Source of the DNA: a bacterium
GTDB taxonomy: Bacteria; Zhuqueibacterota; Zhuqueibacteria; Zhuqueibacterales; Zhuqueibacteraceae
Reading direction: 5' to 3'
Assembly (NCBI GenBank): GCA_044869275.1
Contig: JBIOXB010000149.1
Span: 1 to 17,498 of the forward strand
DNA: 17,498 nucleotides
The translations under genes were made by a program, and so were the position numbers. Shown piece after piece: positions 5,350 through 13,497 of the stretch (position 1 is the stretch's first letter; every line of letters begins with the position of its first letter). The notes below the pieces were generated by a model, which was not told the DNA's origin, did no database searches, and saw only the letters and a program-made list of their open reading frames with translations.

Positions 5350-8157
5350 TCAAAACGTATAATTCAACCTGGCCAAGGCCAGCCGCCCAATCTTCGGCGC
5401 GCCGATAAACTCACGGTGCTCGTTATTGAACACGTTTTGCACCGTGACGTCGAAGCTCATGCCCGGCGCATAATTCCCAAAATCGTAACCCGCGCCGAGA
5501 TCGACCAAATCATAGTCTTCGATGTCTCCCACGTACGGGCCGGAAGCCACAGGAAAGCCCTGCACGTGGCGATACGCGGCGTTGAGATTGAAGCCCAACG
5601 GAACGCTGTAGGAGAAACCGGCTTTGCCCTTGAATTTGGGCGCGTTCAAGGCCAGCGACAAGCTGGTGCCTTCCTCGCCCAATTCGCTGCTGTCAAAGAA
5701 ATCGTCGCTCACGAACGAAACGTTGCCGAAGAAATTCAAACGATTTGTCGCCATCACTTGCACGGTGGCATCGACGCCGTAGAAGGAGATGTCGCCGAAA
5801 TTGCGATAGGTCAGCAGCAGCTCCGGCGCCTGGCCCGCGGGCAGGGCATTTTCATTCGGCGCGACGATCGCCACCGGCGTGCTCGGGCTAGGCAGAGATG
5901 ATTGCGCGAATCCCACCACGACTTGAGAAACTTGTTGCGGCGTGAGCCCCGCTTGTTGCAAAGCGCCGGCCAAGGTGGGATTGTTGGTGATGCCGGTCGT
6001 CAAAGCGCCCGTCAAATCTGCCGACAGAGTAGGCACGAGCACAAACGGCGTTTCCATGAGCAACGGGCCGACGAAGTCTTTTTTGGTGGTATAATATCCG
6101 TCAACCGCAAACAGGACGCGTTCGTTGATCAGGCCTTTGTAACCCAGCTCAAAGGTTTGCGAGATCGTGGGTTTGAGCGGCTCAATATCCGTGACCCCGG
6201 AAACCGGATTGATCCTGCCGGTGGTCGTGTTCAGCAAGCCCAACGCGCCGCGAGAGAAACCGTTGACTTGCGTCAACGTGGGTGAAAGCAGTTGCACCAG
6301 AGCCGCGACGGTTTGCACCGGAAGGTTGATGCCCTGCGCGGCGAGCAATGCTTGCAAGGTGGCCGGCGGAATGGCTGCTATGCCCGCATACACCTGGCCA
6401 TAAACCGCATTCAACGGCAAACCCACCGGTTGCGGTTGACCCAGCGCGGCGGGATTCAAGCTTGTGGCGACCAAATCCGTTCCCGCAAAGGCGGCATAAG
6501 CGGAATTGTGCGGAAAGGTGAAGCCATAGGCTGCGCCGCGGCCGCGGATGCGTATCGGCAGAGCGGCATCCGGCTCGCGCGCGACAATATCGAGAAAGTT
6601 CGAATTGTTGCCCGGCGAAGAAAACGCACGATTGTAAGTGGCGCGGAAAGTATGGCTCGGCGAAGCCTTATACACCAGCGCGACGCGCGGCGAGATCTGA
6701 AAATCTTCCTGAATGTTGTTGTAATCGCCGCGCAGTGCCAACGTCACGTCCAGCTTCGCAGCCAGCGCGCTGGTGGTTTGCAAATAGCCGCCGTATTCCT
6801 GAATTTCATCATTGTCTTCATTGCGGCCGTAAATCGTGCCGTTCGTTTCCGGCGTGGTAAAATCGAAATCCGCGCCGACAATGACCTTGTGCCTGCCATT
6901 GGAAAGATTGAAATCGTACTGTGCTTGCGCATTCAATAGCCGGGAGGAATCTTCGACTTTCCGTCCCGTGCCGTAAACAAATGAATTCCCGGCGTTGTTT
7001 TTATTGAGGTACGTTTGCGCGAAAAATCTGCCGGATTGCAGGCGCAGTTGGCCATAGGTATAACCGAAACCGTCGGCCTGCACCGTACCGATGCCGGACA
7101 GAACCGTGGCATCCAAGGAAGAATAGCCGCCGGTTGCACTCAACGTGGTGGCGTCACTCAAACGATACTGCAGGTAGCCGTTGAGATTGTATTTGAGATA
7201 ATCATAATTGCGCGGAATACCGCGGTCGCTGGCCAACTGCTGCGCATCGAGTGGATCATTGGGATCCATTTGCCAATCGTCTGCTTGCGCGTACTGGCCG
7301 GTGATTTTGTAACCTAATTTGTGGCTCATCACACCGGCGTGGCGGAAAGATCCATAAACAGACGCGCGCTCGCCGCCGCCGACGGAAACACTGGTGCCAG
7401 GGAAGCTAAAAGGGTTCTTGGTAATATAATGAATCACGCCGGCATCCACGCCGGCGCCGTACAAAGCCGAACCCGGGCCGCGCACGACTTCCACGCGTTC
7501 CAGATCGATAGCCGCGTTAGGCATGACGGAATGTAAATTGACGCCCAACGACGCCACCGCGGCCTGGCGGTAATCCGTCAAGACGTAAGTGGCACCGGAG
7601 AAGGCATTGTTGAACCCTCGCAACACAATTTCTTCGCGGTCAATGCCGGTTCTGGCCATATCCACGCCCGTGGCGTTGGCCAAAATCATTTGCGAAGAAG
7701 GCGAAACCGTCTGCCGGATTTCGGTGGCTTCGAGAATGGAAATCGAAGCCGGCGCGTTGAGGACTTTTTCTTCCACACGCGAGGCCGAGACCACCGTTTC
7801 ATTGACGGTGATGCTGGAGGGATTGATGGTGAAGTTGATGGTTTCAGCGGCTCCGGCGTTCAGCGTGGCCGAAGCCGATTTCTTTTCATAGCCGATGAAC
7901 GACACAGCGACCGAGTAAGTCCCGGCGTTCAGGCCTTTAACCGTGTAGTTGCCGTTGGCGTCGGTGGCCGCGCCGGTCAATGCGCCGCCAGCGGAAGTCA
8001 CCACGACATTGGCGCCGGGCAAGGCCTGTCCCGTTGCCGCGTCAGTAACCCGGCCCTGCAAAGTCGCCGTCTGCGCACTTGCCAAGACCGGCAAGAGCAG
8101 CATGAGTTGGATGGCTACCGCGCACCTCAGCGTTGACAGCTTCTCGCGAGCTATCAT
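5350..8157 (-). CDS. TonB-dependent outer-membrane receptor with N-terminal carboxypeptidase-regulatory-like domain
   Basis: Signal peptide (..VLASA/Q), GRVTDAATGQALPGANV domain, TonB-box-like ETVVSASR, plug motif ERVEVVRGPGSALYGA, C-terminal VQNVFN...RLNYTF ending in Phe; RBS GGAGG. Confidence 0.95.
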   Translation of the reverse strand: MIAREKLSTLRCAVAIQLMLLLPVLASAQTATLQGRVTDAATGQALPGANVVVTSAGGALTGAATDANGNYTVKGLNAGTYSVAVSFIGYEKKSASATLNAGAAETINFTINPSSITVNETVVSASRVEEKVLNAPASISILEATEIRQTVSPSSQMILANATGVDMARTGIDREEIVLRGFNNAFSGATYVLTDYRQAAVASLGVNLHSVMPNAAIDLERVEVVRGPGSALYGAGVDAGVIHYITKNPFSFPGTSVSVGGGERASVYGSFRHAGVMSHKLGYKITGQYAQADDWQMDPNDPLDAQQLASDRGIPRNYDYLKYNLNGYLQYRLSDATTLSATGGYSSLDATVLSGIGTVQADGFGYTYGQLRLQSGRFFAQTYLNKNNAGNSFVYGTGRKVEDSSRLLNAQAQYDFNLSNGRHKVIVGADFDFTTPETNGTIYGRNEDNDEIQEYGGYLQTTSALAAKLDVTLALRGDYNNIQEDFQISPRVALVYKASPSHTFRATYNRAFSSPGNNSNFLDIVAREPDAALPIRIRGRGAAYGFTFPHNSAYAAFAGTDLVATSLNPAALGQPQPVGLPLNAVYGQVYAGIAAIPPATLQALLAAQGINLPVQTVAALVQLLSPTLTQVNGFSRGALGLLNTTTGRINPVSGVTDIEPLKPTISQTFELGYKGLINERVLFAVDGYYTTKKDFVGPLLMETPFVLVPTLSADLTGALTTGITNNPTLAGALQQAGLTPQQVSQVVVGFAQSSLPSPSTPVAIVAPNENALPAGQAPELLLTYRNFGDISFYGVDATVQVMATNRLNFFGNVSFVSDDFFDSSELGEEGTSLSLALNAPKFKGKAGFSYSVPLGFNLNAAYRHVQGFPVASGPYVGDIEDYDLVDLGAGYDFGNYAPGMSFDVTVQNVFNNEHREFIGAPKIGRLALARLNYTF

Positions 8158-8350
8158 GCTTTTTTCCTCCCTTACAGTTAAGTAAGTAACGGTTCGATGC
8201 CATACACAGCCAGTGGAAGGGCTTTCATGGCAGATCGTAATATTAATTCAGTTCGCCTTTCTCCAAATAAAGTCCACAGGCTTATTAAAAGCTGCAAGCT
8301 TCGATTAGCAATTCAAAATTTCGAGTTTTATCAGGGTGGTAAGTGGCGGA

Positions 8351-8379
8351 AAAGTAACAACGAAATTCTACAAGCGCAA
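8351..8379 (-). promoter_or_regulatory. Putative sigma70 promoter for the TonB receptor gene
   Basis: Minus strand TTGCGC-17 nt-TACTTT with an extended -10 TG, about 190 nt upstream of the ATG. Confidence 0.4.
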
Positions 8380-8402
8380 GGGGAAAGTGGTAAGGGCGCG
8401 TG

Positions 8403-8506
8403 TCGTAGATCGTAGATTGTGGATCGTGGATCGTGAATCGTGGATCTGCTATCCACTATCTACAATCCACTATCCACGATCTACCATCCCCCCATCCTCT
8501 ATCCAC
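8403..8506. repeat. Heptamer tandem repeats in two opposed blocks (TCGTGGA)n / (TATCCAC)n forming a long imperfect hairpin
   Basis: TCGTAGA TCGTAGA TTGTGGA TCGTGGA TCGTGAA TCGTGGA, then TATCCAC TATCTAC AATCCAC TATCCAC GATCTAC. Confidence 0.85.
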
Positions 8507-8511
8507 CAAAA

Positions 8512-10866
8512 TCACATCTCAACCAGCAGCCGGACAGCCGTTTCCTTGCCCCATTCACCAATTTCCAGCGCTGGACCGACACAGCTTGGGCAGCCGCTCT
8601 CACAGGGGCAAGTGCGAATGAGCTCTGCAGTCGCTTGCAACAGCGCCTCATGCACACTGAACAGGCGTTTGCTGAAACCCACGCCGCCAGCGTGGTTATC
8701 ATAAATGAAAATCGTTGGCTTCTGGGTCAAGAGCGCGGCGGCCATGGGTACGGCGCGAACGTCACGCACGTCACACATCAAAAAGATCGCGGCCACGCTT
8801 TGCAACGCATGCGCCAACGCTTTCAAACCATCACCCAAAGCCGAAGCCGCAATTTGCAGGCGCGCGACCGTATCACCGGGGAATTCCCACCAATAAGACG
8901 TGGTGTGCATGCTGATCTCCGGCAATGCCACCGGCCCGTAGCCGATATTTTCATGCGAACCGAATTTCAGCTTTTTGAATTTCGTGGTCTGGCAATTGAC
9001 ATTCACTTCCCCATGCGCCTTTTTCATCCCGTCCCCCGGTCTCCCCGCCCCCCCGTCTCCCTGTCCCCCCGTCTCCCCGTCTCCTTGTCTCTCCCTCTCA
9101 CCACCAATCACCGCTTCCTCAAAAACTTCCAAAACATGAATACTCGTATCCGTGTGCGCATCGGTGTAATAGTCGACTTCAACCTGTCGCACGTAAGCTT
9201 TACGGCGGTCCCAATCGAGCTTGTCAACGTGGTATTGCACGCTTTCATGCAAGTAAATCGCGTCGTCGTGCAGCATCACGGGCGCATCGAGCAAATTCAC
9301 TTCGCCGATCACCCGCTCCTCTTTGGTCGTATCGACAATCACGACGTTTTCAGGCGTGGCGCTGCGCAAACCCACCGCCTCGGCCGGATAGGCGTCGGTC
9401 ATCCAGTGCCAGCGGCCTTCGGCGTGATGCAGCACTTGGTTCTCTTCCAAATACTCGAGCATCTCCCGCGTCGCGTCGACGGCGTTCTTGCCGTGGCCGA
9501 ATTTCTCGTTCTCCGCAAATGGCAGCTCGAACGCGGCGCATTTCAAATGGCTCATGAGAATGACGAGATTGTTGGGATCGACAATGCCCGCTTCGGGCGG
9601 CTTGCCAAACAGATATTCCTCATGATTGACAATGTACTGATCCACAGGATTGCTGGAGGCCACCAGAATGGCGACCGCCGAATCCGAGCGGCGGCCGGAA
9701 CGGCCGGCTTGCTGCCACGCGCTGGCAATGCTGCCGGGATAGCCGACCATGACACATGCAGTAAGCTGCCCGATGTCGATACCCAATTCCAGCGCATTGG
9801 TCGAAACCACACCCAGCACCTCGCCGCTGCGCAAGCCGCGCTCGATCTCACGCCGCTCCGTAGGCAAATAGCCGCCGCGATAGCCGCGAATGAGCTGGGG
9901 TGATTTTTTGTGCGCGGCCAAGGCTTCTTTCAGATACGTCACCAAAATTTCCACGCGCAAACGACTGCGCGCGAACACGATAGTTTGTATTTTATTGAGC
10001 AGAAATTTCGTGGCGATCTTGCGGCCCTCTTTTACCGAAGATTTACGGATGCCCAATTCGGCGTTCACCACCGGCGGGTTATAAAGAATAAACTGCTTTT
10101 CACCGCGCGGCGCTCCATTTTGATCGACCAGGGCGACTTCTTCGGCGGTGATTTGCTCGGCCAATTCTTGGGGATTGGCAATGGTGGCGGAGCAGCAGAT
10201 GAACTGCGGCTTCACGCCGTAAAAATCGGCAATGCGGCGCAGGCGGCGGATCACATTGGCGAGGTGGCTGCCAAAGACGCCACGATAGTTGTGCAACTCG
10301 TCGATGATGATATAGCGCAAGTTCTCGAACAGCTTGATCCACTTGGTGTGATGCGGCAAAATGCCCTGATGCAACATATCGGGATTCGTGACCACGATGT
10401 GCCCCGCGCTGCGAATGGCTTGCCGCGCGGCCTGCGGCGTATCGCCGTCAAAAGTATGGGCTTTAATCTCCACCTGCGCCGTGCCCAGCAGGTGGATGAC
10501 GTCGCGCAATTCCGCGAGCTGATCTTGCGACAAGGCTTTGGTGGGAAAAAGATACAAGGCGCGCGCCTGGGGATCACTGAGGATGCGATTCAATACGGGC
10601 AGATTATAGCACAGTGTCTTGCCTGAGGCCGTGGGCGTGACCACAACGACATGCTTGCCCTCGCCGATTCTGGCAATCGCTTCGGCTTGATGGCTGAACA
10701 GACGCGCAATGCCGTGCTGCTTGAGCGCTGCCACCAATTCCGGTTTGAGCCAATCGGGAAAATCGGCATATTGTGCGGGCCGCGCCGGGAGCGTGCGCCA
10801 ATGCGTGACGTTGCGAATGAATTCATTATCCGCACGCAGGGCGTCGAGAACTTGTGGGAGGGTCAT
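8512..10866 (-). CDS. DEAD/DEAH-box SF2 helicase with C-terminal DUF1998 Zn-binding domain (MrfA/YprA/Hrq1/SftH family)
   Basis: PTASGKT, PTKALSQDQ, TNPDMLH, DELH, SATIANP, YRGGY, STNALELGIDIG, QQAGRSGR, C-terminal CPCESGCPSC. Start taken at ATG 10866 (MTLPQV) because the longer ORF extension is translated heptamer repeat. Confidence 0.95.
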   Translation of the reverse strand: MTLPQVLDALRADNEFIRNVTHWRTLPARPAQYADFPDWLKPELVAALKQHGIARLFSHQAEAIARIGEGKHVVVVTPTASGKTLCYNLPVLNRILSDPQARALYLFPTKALSQDQLAELRDVIHLLGTAQVEIKAHTFDGDTPQAARQAIRSAGHIVVTNPDMLHQGILPHHTKWIKLFENLRYIIIDELHNYRGVFGSHLANVIRRLRRIADFYGVKPQFICCSATIANPQELAEQITAEEVALVDQNGAPRGEKQFILYNPPVVNAELGIRKSSVKEGRKIATKFLLNKIQTIVFARSRLRVEILVTYLKEALAAHKKSPQLIRGYRGGYLPTERREIERGLRSGEVLGVVSTNALELGIDIGQLTACVMVGYPGSIASAWQQAGRSGRRSDSAVAILVASSNPVDQYIVNHEEYLFGKPPEAGIVDPNNLVILMSHLKCAAFELPFAENEKFGHGKNAVDATREMLEYLEENQVLHHAEGRWHWMTDAYPAEAVGLRSATPENVVIVDTTKEERVIGEVNLLDAPVMLHDDAIYLHESVQYHVDKLDWDRRKAYVRQVEVDYYTDAHTDTSIHVLEVFEEAVIGGERERQGDGETGGQGDGGAGRPGDGMKKAHGEVNVNCQTTKFKKLKFGSHENIGYGPVALPEISMHTTSYWWEFPGDTVARLQIAASALGDGLKALAHALQSVAAIFLMCDVRDVRAVPMAAALLTQKPTIFIYDNHAGGVGFSKRLFSVHEALLQATAELIRTCPCESGCPSCVGPALEIGEWGKETAVRLLVEM
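9028..9099. repeat. Nine 8-nt tandem repeats (CCCGTCTC consensus) in frame inside the helicase gene
   Basis: CCCGTCCC CCGGTCTC CCCGCCCC CCCGTCTC CCTGTCCC CCCGTCTC CCCGTCTC CTTGTCTC TCCCTCTC = 72 nt, encoding ERERQGDGETGGQGDGGAGRPGDG. Confidence 0.9.
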
Positions 10867-10867
10867 G

Positions 10868-10928
10868 GCTGGTTGCTGGTTGCTTGATGCTTGATACTGG
10901 ATACTGGATGCTGGATCAAGCATCCAGC
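10868..10928. repeat. Heptamer tandem repeats (TGGATGC-like) with short inverted block, abutting the helicase start
   Basis: GGTTGCT GGTTGCT TGATGCT TGATACT GGATACT GGATGCT GGAT, followed by inverted AGCATCCAGC. Confidence 0.85.
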
Positions 10929-10991
10929 TCAAACTTACCCAACAATTCCGATTTTGGCAACCGCTTTTCTTTGTGGCGCTGCCTGGCGTGC

Positions 10992-11020
10992 TTGACATTA
11001 CCCGCCAATTTCGCTATGTT
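10992..11020 (+). promoter_or_regulatory. Sigma70 promoter for the multiheme-TPR gene
   Basis: TTGACA-17 nt-TATGTT, 46 nt upstream of the ATG at 11067. Confidence 0.7.
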
Positions 11021-11066
11021 AAAAAAAATTGCACCCAAATCCAGCCCTTGATTTTCCCAACAGACG

Positions 11067-13190
11067 ATGACGGCCTATCTGCTTTCCGCTGCCAGGAATT
11101 CTTTCTACTATGCCATCCTCCTCCATTTTGCCGCCTGCGTACAGCCGGACAAAAATCATAAAACTACTGAAAAGACTCTGATCCAAACCGCGCACTGGGT
11201 GGGCAGCGAGGCCTGCGCACCCTGCCACGAACACATCTACAACGACTTTCGCCAAACCGGCATGGGGCGCAGCTTTTCGCGGCCGGAGATAGAGAAACTT
11301 GCGCCCCTGCTCCAACCAAGCCCGAGCGTGCACGAGCCCAAGAGCGGCTATCATTACTCCGCGCATCTGCGCGAGGGCAAACTCTTCATGCGCGAGTTTC
11401 GCCGCGAGCACGGCCGCGTGACTTATCAACAGGAACGCGCCGCGGCGTATCAGGTGGGCAGCGGCAACAACACCATCAGTTTTTTGGAGGATCGCAACGG
11501 TTATTTGTTCGAGATGCCGCTAACGTGGTACGCCGAAAAAAAATTATGGGACATGAGCCCGGGTTATCGCGAGAGCAATTGGCGCTTCGACCGGCCCATC
11601 AACGGGACGTGCTTGAACTGCCACACCGGCCCCAGCCCCCGCACGCCGCAAACGGAAAATCATTTTGAGCACGTCCGGCTCGGCATCGGTTGTGAAAACT
11701 GCCATGGCCCGGGCAGCGTGCACGTGAGCGTGGCGCTGGCAAGCCCGGCGTCACAGGCCAGTTTCGAGCAAACCATCGTTCATCCCGCGGATTTGGACCG
11801 GGATACGCAAATGGATATTTGCCAGCGTTGCCACCTGGAAGGCATTCGCGTTTGGAATGACGGCGCGTCCGCGGATCAAATCGCAGTGGGCCAAAGGCTC
11901 GCGGCCTCACAAAGCGTTTTCGTCAGCTCCGACGCGCACGCCAGCGAGAGCGAATTCGGCATTGCGGCCCAGGCCGATCGTTTGCGCAAGAGCGCGTGCT
12001 ACCAAAAAAGCGCCACCATGACGTGCACCACGTGCCACGATCCCCATCAAAGCCCGGCGCGCGCGGGGGAGGAATACTTTAATGCCAAGTGCATGGCATG
12101 TCACAGCGGCATGCCGGCATCGAGTAGCGCAAATTCCTCCCCTGCAGCGGGAGCGGTTGCAGGCAAGATGCCTGCGCCACATTTTTCAGCAATTTCTTTC
12201 TGCACCGCGCCACCGGTAAACGGGGAGAACATGCAAAGCTGCACCCGTTGCCACATGCACAGCGGCGGGACCAGTGATATTCCGCACGTGCGTTTTACCG
12301 ATCATTATATTCGCCGCGACCTGCGCAGCAAACACACGGCGCCACAAATGACAACTTCAGCCGTGCCATTCCTCGTGCCGGTGATTTATCCGGAAAGTCC
12401 CGCGGCAAAGATGTTGCAGCAGGGGCTGGCCTATTTTGAGTATCATCAAACCCGGGGCGCAAGAACCGTATTTTTGGATAGTACGATTTTTTATCTCGAA
12501 GCCGCTCAGAGCCACGGCGCGAGCCGCAACGACGGCGAGGACGACTATATCAAAGGCAGCGCTTATTATCTCCTGGGAAAGATAGCGTTGGCCGAGCCGG
12601 CGCTACGCCGGGCCATAGCGAAAAATCCTGCACATGCGCGCGCTTGCTACATTTTGGGAAAGCTCTTGATCCAGAACAACCGGCCGGCGGAGGCGGCGGC
12701 GATTTTTGCCCGGGGCGAGCAAGCGCAGCCCAAGTTGCTCGAGAACACCATCGGCCGCGGGCAGGCGTTGTTGGCCAATATGCAGTTCCAAGAAGCCGTA
12801 ACCGCACTGGGACAGGTGCTAACCACAGATTCATTGTCACACGAGCAGGCTTATTATTTTCTCGGACAAGTGTGGCACAATGTGGGCAACCTCACCCTGG
12901 CGCGGGCGAGTTACGAGCGGGCGTTAAGCCTGAATCCCGGCATGACGCTGGCGCTGCTCAACACCGGCTCGACTTACGTGTTGGAAGAAAACTGGCGGGA
13001 GGCGGTAGCAATTTTCAATCGAATTTTGCAGAACAATCCCGATTATGTGCCGGCGTTATTCAACAAAAGCGTTTGCCTGGCCAATCTCGACCAAAAGCAC
13101 GAAGCACAAAAATTGGTGCAAAAAATTTTGATTTTGGAGCCGCATAACGAGCAGGCAAAAACATTATGGCGGGATCTGCAGAAACTGTGA
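11067..13190 (+). CDS. Multiheme c-type cytochrome (7 CxxCH, c554/c552-like) fused to C-terminal TPR repeats; probable lipoprotein
   Basis: CAPCH, CLNCH, CENCH(GPG), CQRCH, CTTCH(DPH), CMACH, CTRCH(M); FTDHYI motif; TPR repeats (AYYFLGQVWHNVGNLTLARASYERALSLNP); lipobox-like FAAC. Confidence 0.9.
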   Translation: MTAYLLSAARNSFYYAILLHFAACVQPDKNHKTTEKTLIQTAHWVGSEACAPCHEHIYNDFRQTGMGRSFSRPEIEKLAPLLQPSPSVHEPKSGYHYSAHLREGKLFMREFRREHGRVTYQQERAAAYQVGSGNNTISFLEDRNGYLFEMPLTWYAEKKLWDMSPGYRESNWRFDRPINGTCLNCHTGPSPRTPQTENHFEHVRLGIGCENCHGPGSVHVSVALASPASQASFEQTIVHPADLDRDTQMDICQRCHLEGIRVWNDGASADQIAVGQRLAASQSVFVSSDAHASESEFGIAAQADRLRKSACYQKSATMTCTTCHDPHQSPARAGEEYFNAKCMACHSGMPASSSANSSPAAGAVAGKMPAPHFSAISFCTAPPVNGENMQSCTRCHMHSGGTSDIPHVRFTDHYIRRDLRSKHTAPQMTTSAVPFLVPVIYPESPAAKMLQQGLAYFEYHQTRGARTVFLDSTIFYLEAAQSHGASRNDGEDDYIKGSAYYLLGKIALAEPALRRAIAKNPAHARACYILGKLLIQNNRPAEAAAIFARGEQAQPKLLENTIGRGQALLANMQFQEAVTALGQVLTTDSLSHEQAYYFLGQVWHNVGNLTLARASYERALSLNPGMTLALLNTGSTYVLEENWREAVAIFNRILQNNPDYVPALFNKSVCLANLDQKHEAQKLVQKILILEPHNEQAKTLWRDLQKL
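12124..12180. repeat. GTAG-type REP doublet (REPIN-like) inside the cytochrome gene
   Basis: The right copy GCAGGCAAGATGCCTGCGCCAC (12159-12180) is itself a hairpin. The left copy GTAGCGCAAATTCCTCCCCTGC (12124-12145) is a degenerate version of its reverse complement. Confidence 0.65.
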
Positions 13191-13280
13191 TGTTACCTCC
13201 GGCCTCTAATCTTCAGACGAGCTGAAAACCGAAGCCAGAGGGCGGCAACAGTGGCACAATTATCCTGCAAAAAAGCAATA

Positions 13281-13388
13281 GACAGAAGGATGCAGGGCAG
13301 AAAAATGTCTGGCTTTGGCCTATCCCGTCACCATCCGATTTCCGGGCATGAGTTCTGTTGCCATCTTTCTGTCCTTCATTTTTCTGTC
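13281..13388. repeat. Inverted repeat of 15-nt-period units (GACAGAAAAATGAAG-like) in convergent intergenic region
   Basis: GACAGAAGGATGCAGGGCAGAAAAATG (13281-13307) versus the reverse complement of CATCTTTCTGTCCTTCATTTTTCTGTC (13362-13388): 22/27 identical. Confidence 0.75.
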
Positions 13389-13402
13389 CTCGCTCTTGCC
13401 TT

Positions 13403-13439
13403 ATCCGTGTAAATCCGTCCCATCCGCGTCATCCGTGTG
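13403..13439. repeat. Four ATCCGY-core repeats with 9-10 nt period
   Basis: ATCCGTGTAA ATCCGTCCC ATCCGCGTC ATCCGTGTG. Confidence 0.75.
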
Positions 13440-13497
13440 CAAGAAAAGGTCCGGTCCGGGCGTGAAGACACCTACGAGGGGAAAGGTACTGCACGTT

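Noticed and set aside
8403..8506. CRISPR array interpretation of the repeat tracts
   Set aside because: Units are 7-15 nt, tandem, without unique spacers, and there are no cas genes in the window.
8440..9903. 487-aa plus-strand ORF, and other long antisense ORFs over the receptor, helicase and GWxTD genes
   Set aside because: Shadow ORFs opposite well-supported genes in GC-rich DNA; no motifs, and this one begins in a repeat array.
8512..10866. DISARM/Druantia defence system based on DUF1998 helicase
   Set aside because: No methylase, SNF2 helicase, PLD nuclease or other partner genes; the single-chain architecture fits the MrfA/Hrq1 family.
10867..10998. N-terminal 44 aa of the 828-aa helicase ORF as conserved coding sequence
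   Set aside because: It is largely translated heptamer repeat (PASSIQYQASSNQQPA), and its ATG overlaps the divergent promoter's -35 box.
13252..13268. Sigma54-like TGGCAC-AATTA-TCCTGC
   Set aside because: Wrong spacing, and it lies between convergent genes with nothing to transcribe.
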